From positions 33,289 through 97,288 of the forward strand of contig NIVC01002729.1 of the NCBI GenBank assembly GCA_002269645.1: 64,000 nucleotides of DNA, in the 5' to 3' direction. The stretch comes from Macrostomum lignano (taxonomy: Eukaryota). Below the pieces are notes generated by a model. That model saw only the letters and a program-made list of their open reading frames with translations, had not been told where the DNA came from and made no database searches. The position numbers were made by a program, and so were the translations under genes. This document shows positions 62,101 to 64,000 of the stretch, piece after piece (within the stretch, counting starts at the first letter, position 1; each line of letters starts with the position of its first letter).

Positions 62101-63399
62101 GGAGCTCACTCTGGGTCAGTCACTCGGAGCTCACTCTGGATCAGTCACTCGGAGCTCACTCTGGTTCAGTCACTCGGAGCTCACTCTGGGGTCAGTCACT
62201 CGGAGCTCACTCTGGGTCAGTCACTCAGAGCTCACTCTAGATCAGTCACTCGGAGCTCACTCTGGGTCAGTCACTCGGAGCTCACTCTGGGTCAGTCACT
62301 CAGAGCTCACTCTAGATCAGTCACTCGGAGCTCACTCTGGGTCAGTCACTCGGAGCTCACTCTGGGTCAGTCACTCTGATCCCCGGACTCACCAGCCACG
62401 TCTTCAACTTCCTCTCATAGAAAGCGCAGGCCAGGGTCTCCAGAAGCAGCTGCAGTGCGTTCAGCGCAGCCCAGATGCGGACGCTGGTTGAGTCGCCGTG
62501 GTAGATGGAGACAAAGGCGAAGCTGGCAGCCACAGCAGCTACCTGTCTCACAATGCCGTGCCGACTGCCTCCCATGGGGATGTAGATGTGGCTGTACATG
62601 AAGGAGGCCAGCCCCCTGTCGAACACGCGCCACATCTGCCTGTAAGTATAGACTCGGCTGATGCAGTCGGGCCAGTGCGGCAGCTCGACTCCGTCAATGC
62701 TGGACACGAGACCCGCCAGCCGTACAGCTGCACGTAGACCAGCATGAAGTTCTGGCCATGCAGGTACATTGAAAACACGAGCCGCTTGTAGGGCACGGAC
62801 TCGTAAGACCGAATGCTCTCCAGAAATGCTCCAACAGGTAGGAAATGATGCAGCACCTGAAGCAGCAGCATCCACACCAACAGGCGAGTCGCTCGCCACG
62901 CCAGTAGCAGCAGCAGGTTCGGCTTCCACACCAGCCTGTCGGGTCTCTCAGCCTCCGACAGAAGTCAGCAAAGGTGAGGATCGGGCCGGAAAAGTGCAGG
63001 GCAGGTAAAATCCGTAAGCCAAAGCTCGGGAAGGTGCAGTCTAAGGAACTGGAGCAGGCTCAGCTGCTGTGCCTCATCTGCAGGTTGGCGTCTCTGGTCC
63101 CGCAGCATTTGGTTGAGGCTGAGTCCAGCGGAGATGCAGCGGCAGTACAGGTAGCCAGAGATTGGGTAGAACAGGTGAGAGTAATCACCTTCGAGATCCA
63201 GGACTTGAAAGAGCGCGCTGCTGTAATCCGAGTTTTGCAGCATCATTGCCGACAGAATAAACAGCCAGACACCGAACTGGGAGAAATATCCCATGCAGAC
63301 AGCACCGCAGTGCAACACCAGAAAGTACATCGCTGTTCTGTAACCAAGGATAGCCGCTGTCACAGCCAAGGTGAAGCTTGTAGTAGCCAGGTAGTGCAC
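59160..63399 (-). CDS. HHAT: Hedgehog acyltransferase-like MBOAT, paralogue 3 (5'-partial); exon 4 63399-62393, exon 5 60145-59989, exon 6 59275-59160
   Basis: Exon 4 is nearly identical to HHAT-2 exon 4 but 4 nt shorter (four single-base deletions, each in a G or C run). Exon 5 is NLILSPNNHQRLVAYVIGCNLVLTSCFIFVFLTGKHPAVHLMVEIFKPLFLY (157 nt) and exon 6 is RPWWHLQVVLALSYCCVQISLWYESRTPNSGKEAKKVS*; both are intact with GT-AG sites. Exons 1-3 are expected beyond 64000. The frameshifts may be consensus errors or genuine pseudogenisation. Confidence 0.8.
59330..59935 (-). repeat. ~21-bp minisatellite in opposite orientation (HHAT-3 intron 5)
   Basis: GAGAGACAGGAAGGGGT(TGG/GA), the reverse complement of the 58275-58965 family. 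Confidence 0.92.
60268..62378. repeat. Intronic tandem array, 25-bp unit (HHAT-3 intron 4), ~84 copies
   Basis: ACTCGGAGCTCACTCTGGGTCAGTC, the reverse complement of the HHAT-2 intron 4 unit. Confidence 0.95.
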
Positions 63400-63464
63400 C
63401 TGATGAGGAATGGGGAACTTGACAGGTTCTCAGCTGCTCTTGCAGGATATGGCATTTCGGTTGA

Positions 63465-64000
63465 GCACTCTGTCACTGTCACTCCTATCCTAACTAACTG
63501 ATCACTCTGTCTCTGTCACTCCTCTCCTGACTGATCACTCTGTCACTGTCACTCACTGCTCTCGACTGACTGATCACTCTGTCACTGTCACTCCTACCCT
63601 GACTGATCAATCTGCCACTGTCACTCCTATCCTGACTGATCACTCTGCCACTGTCACTCCTACCCTGACTGATCACTCTGCCACTGTCACTCCTTCCTGA
63701 CTGATCACTCCGTCTCTGTCAATCTTCTCCTGACTGATCACTCTGTCACTGTCACTCCTCTCGTGACTGATTAGTCTGTCACTGTCACTCTTCTCCTGAC
63801 TGATCACTCTGTCACTGTCACTCTTCTCCTGACTGATCACTCTGTCACTGTCTGTCACTCCTATTCTGACTGATCACTCTGCCACTGTCACTCCTTCCTG
63901 ACTGATCACTCCGTCTCTGTCACTCCTTCCTGACTGATCACTCTGTCACTGTCACTCCTCTCGTGACTGATCACTGTCACTGTCACTCTCTCCTGACTGA
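63465..64000. repeat. Intronic tandem array, ~33-bp unit (HHAT-3 intron 3), runs off the window end
   Basis: CTGACTGATCACTCTGTCACTGTCACTCCTATC, the reverse complement of the HHAT-2 intron 3 unit. Confidence 0.93.

Noticed and set aside
59160-63399. Calling HHAT-3 a pseudogene
   Set aside because: All four lesions are homopolymer -1 events, while the divergent exons 5-6 are intact; error and pseudogenisation cannot be distinguished from this sequence alone.
1-64000. Spliced-leader RNA, snRNA or rRNA genes
   Set aside because: No match by eye to sequences I recall; a covariance-model search was not possible.

Overview
Eukaryotic (metazoan) genomic DNA with GT-AG introns, GC-rich low-complexity exons and many short tandem arrays. 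Its style resembles the flatworm Macrostomum lignano (inference, not verified). I hand-spliced six protein-coding loci: (1) a GAB/DOS-like PH-domain adaptor (+, 6789-8987) with a tail of repeated tyrosine motifs; (2-4) three hedgehog acyltransferase (HHAT/Rasp-type MBOAT) paralogues, two in tandem (+, 12475-18649 and 21841-24981) and a third inverted, partial copy (-, 59160->63399); (5) a RUSC-like RUN-domain gene (+, ~29635-38636); and (6) an intronless type II PKA regulatory subunit (+, 46675-47835). Almost every long six-frame ORF outside these genes is an artefact of tandem repeats. Also present are decayed non-LTR retrotransposon pieces, tRNA-derived SINEs (two with TSDs, one CORE/MIR-like), small MITE-like elements and a 3.07-kb tandem duplication. 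Two observations stand out. First, a sharply bounded ~3.5-kb near-CpG-free AT-rich domain (26120-29660) contains a SINE copy with strongly one-directional G:C->A:T transitions, many at non-CpG sites, giving a RIP-like pattern. Second, the otherwise diverged HHAT paralogues share a near-identical catalytic exon 4 segment, consistent with gene conversion, and one exchange boundary falls in an intronic minisatellite.
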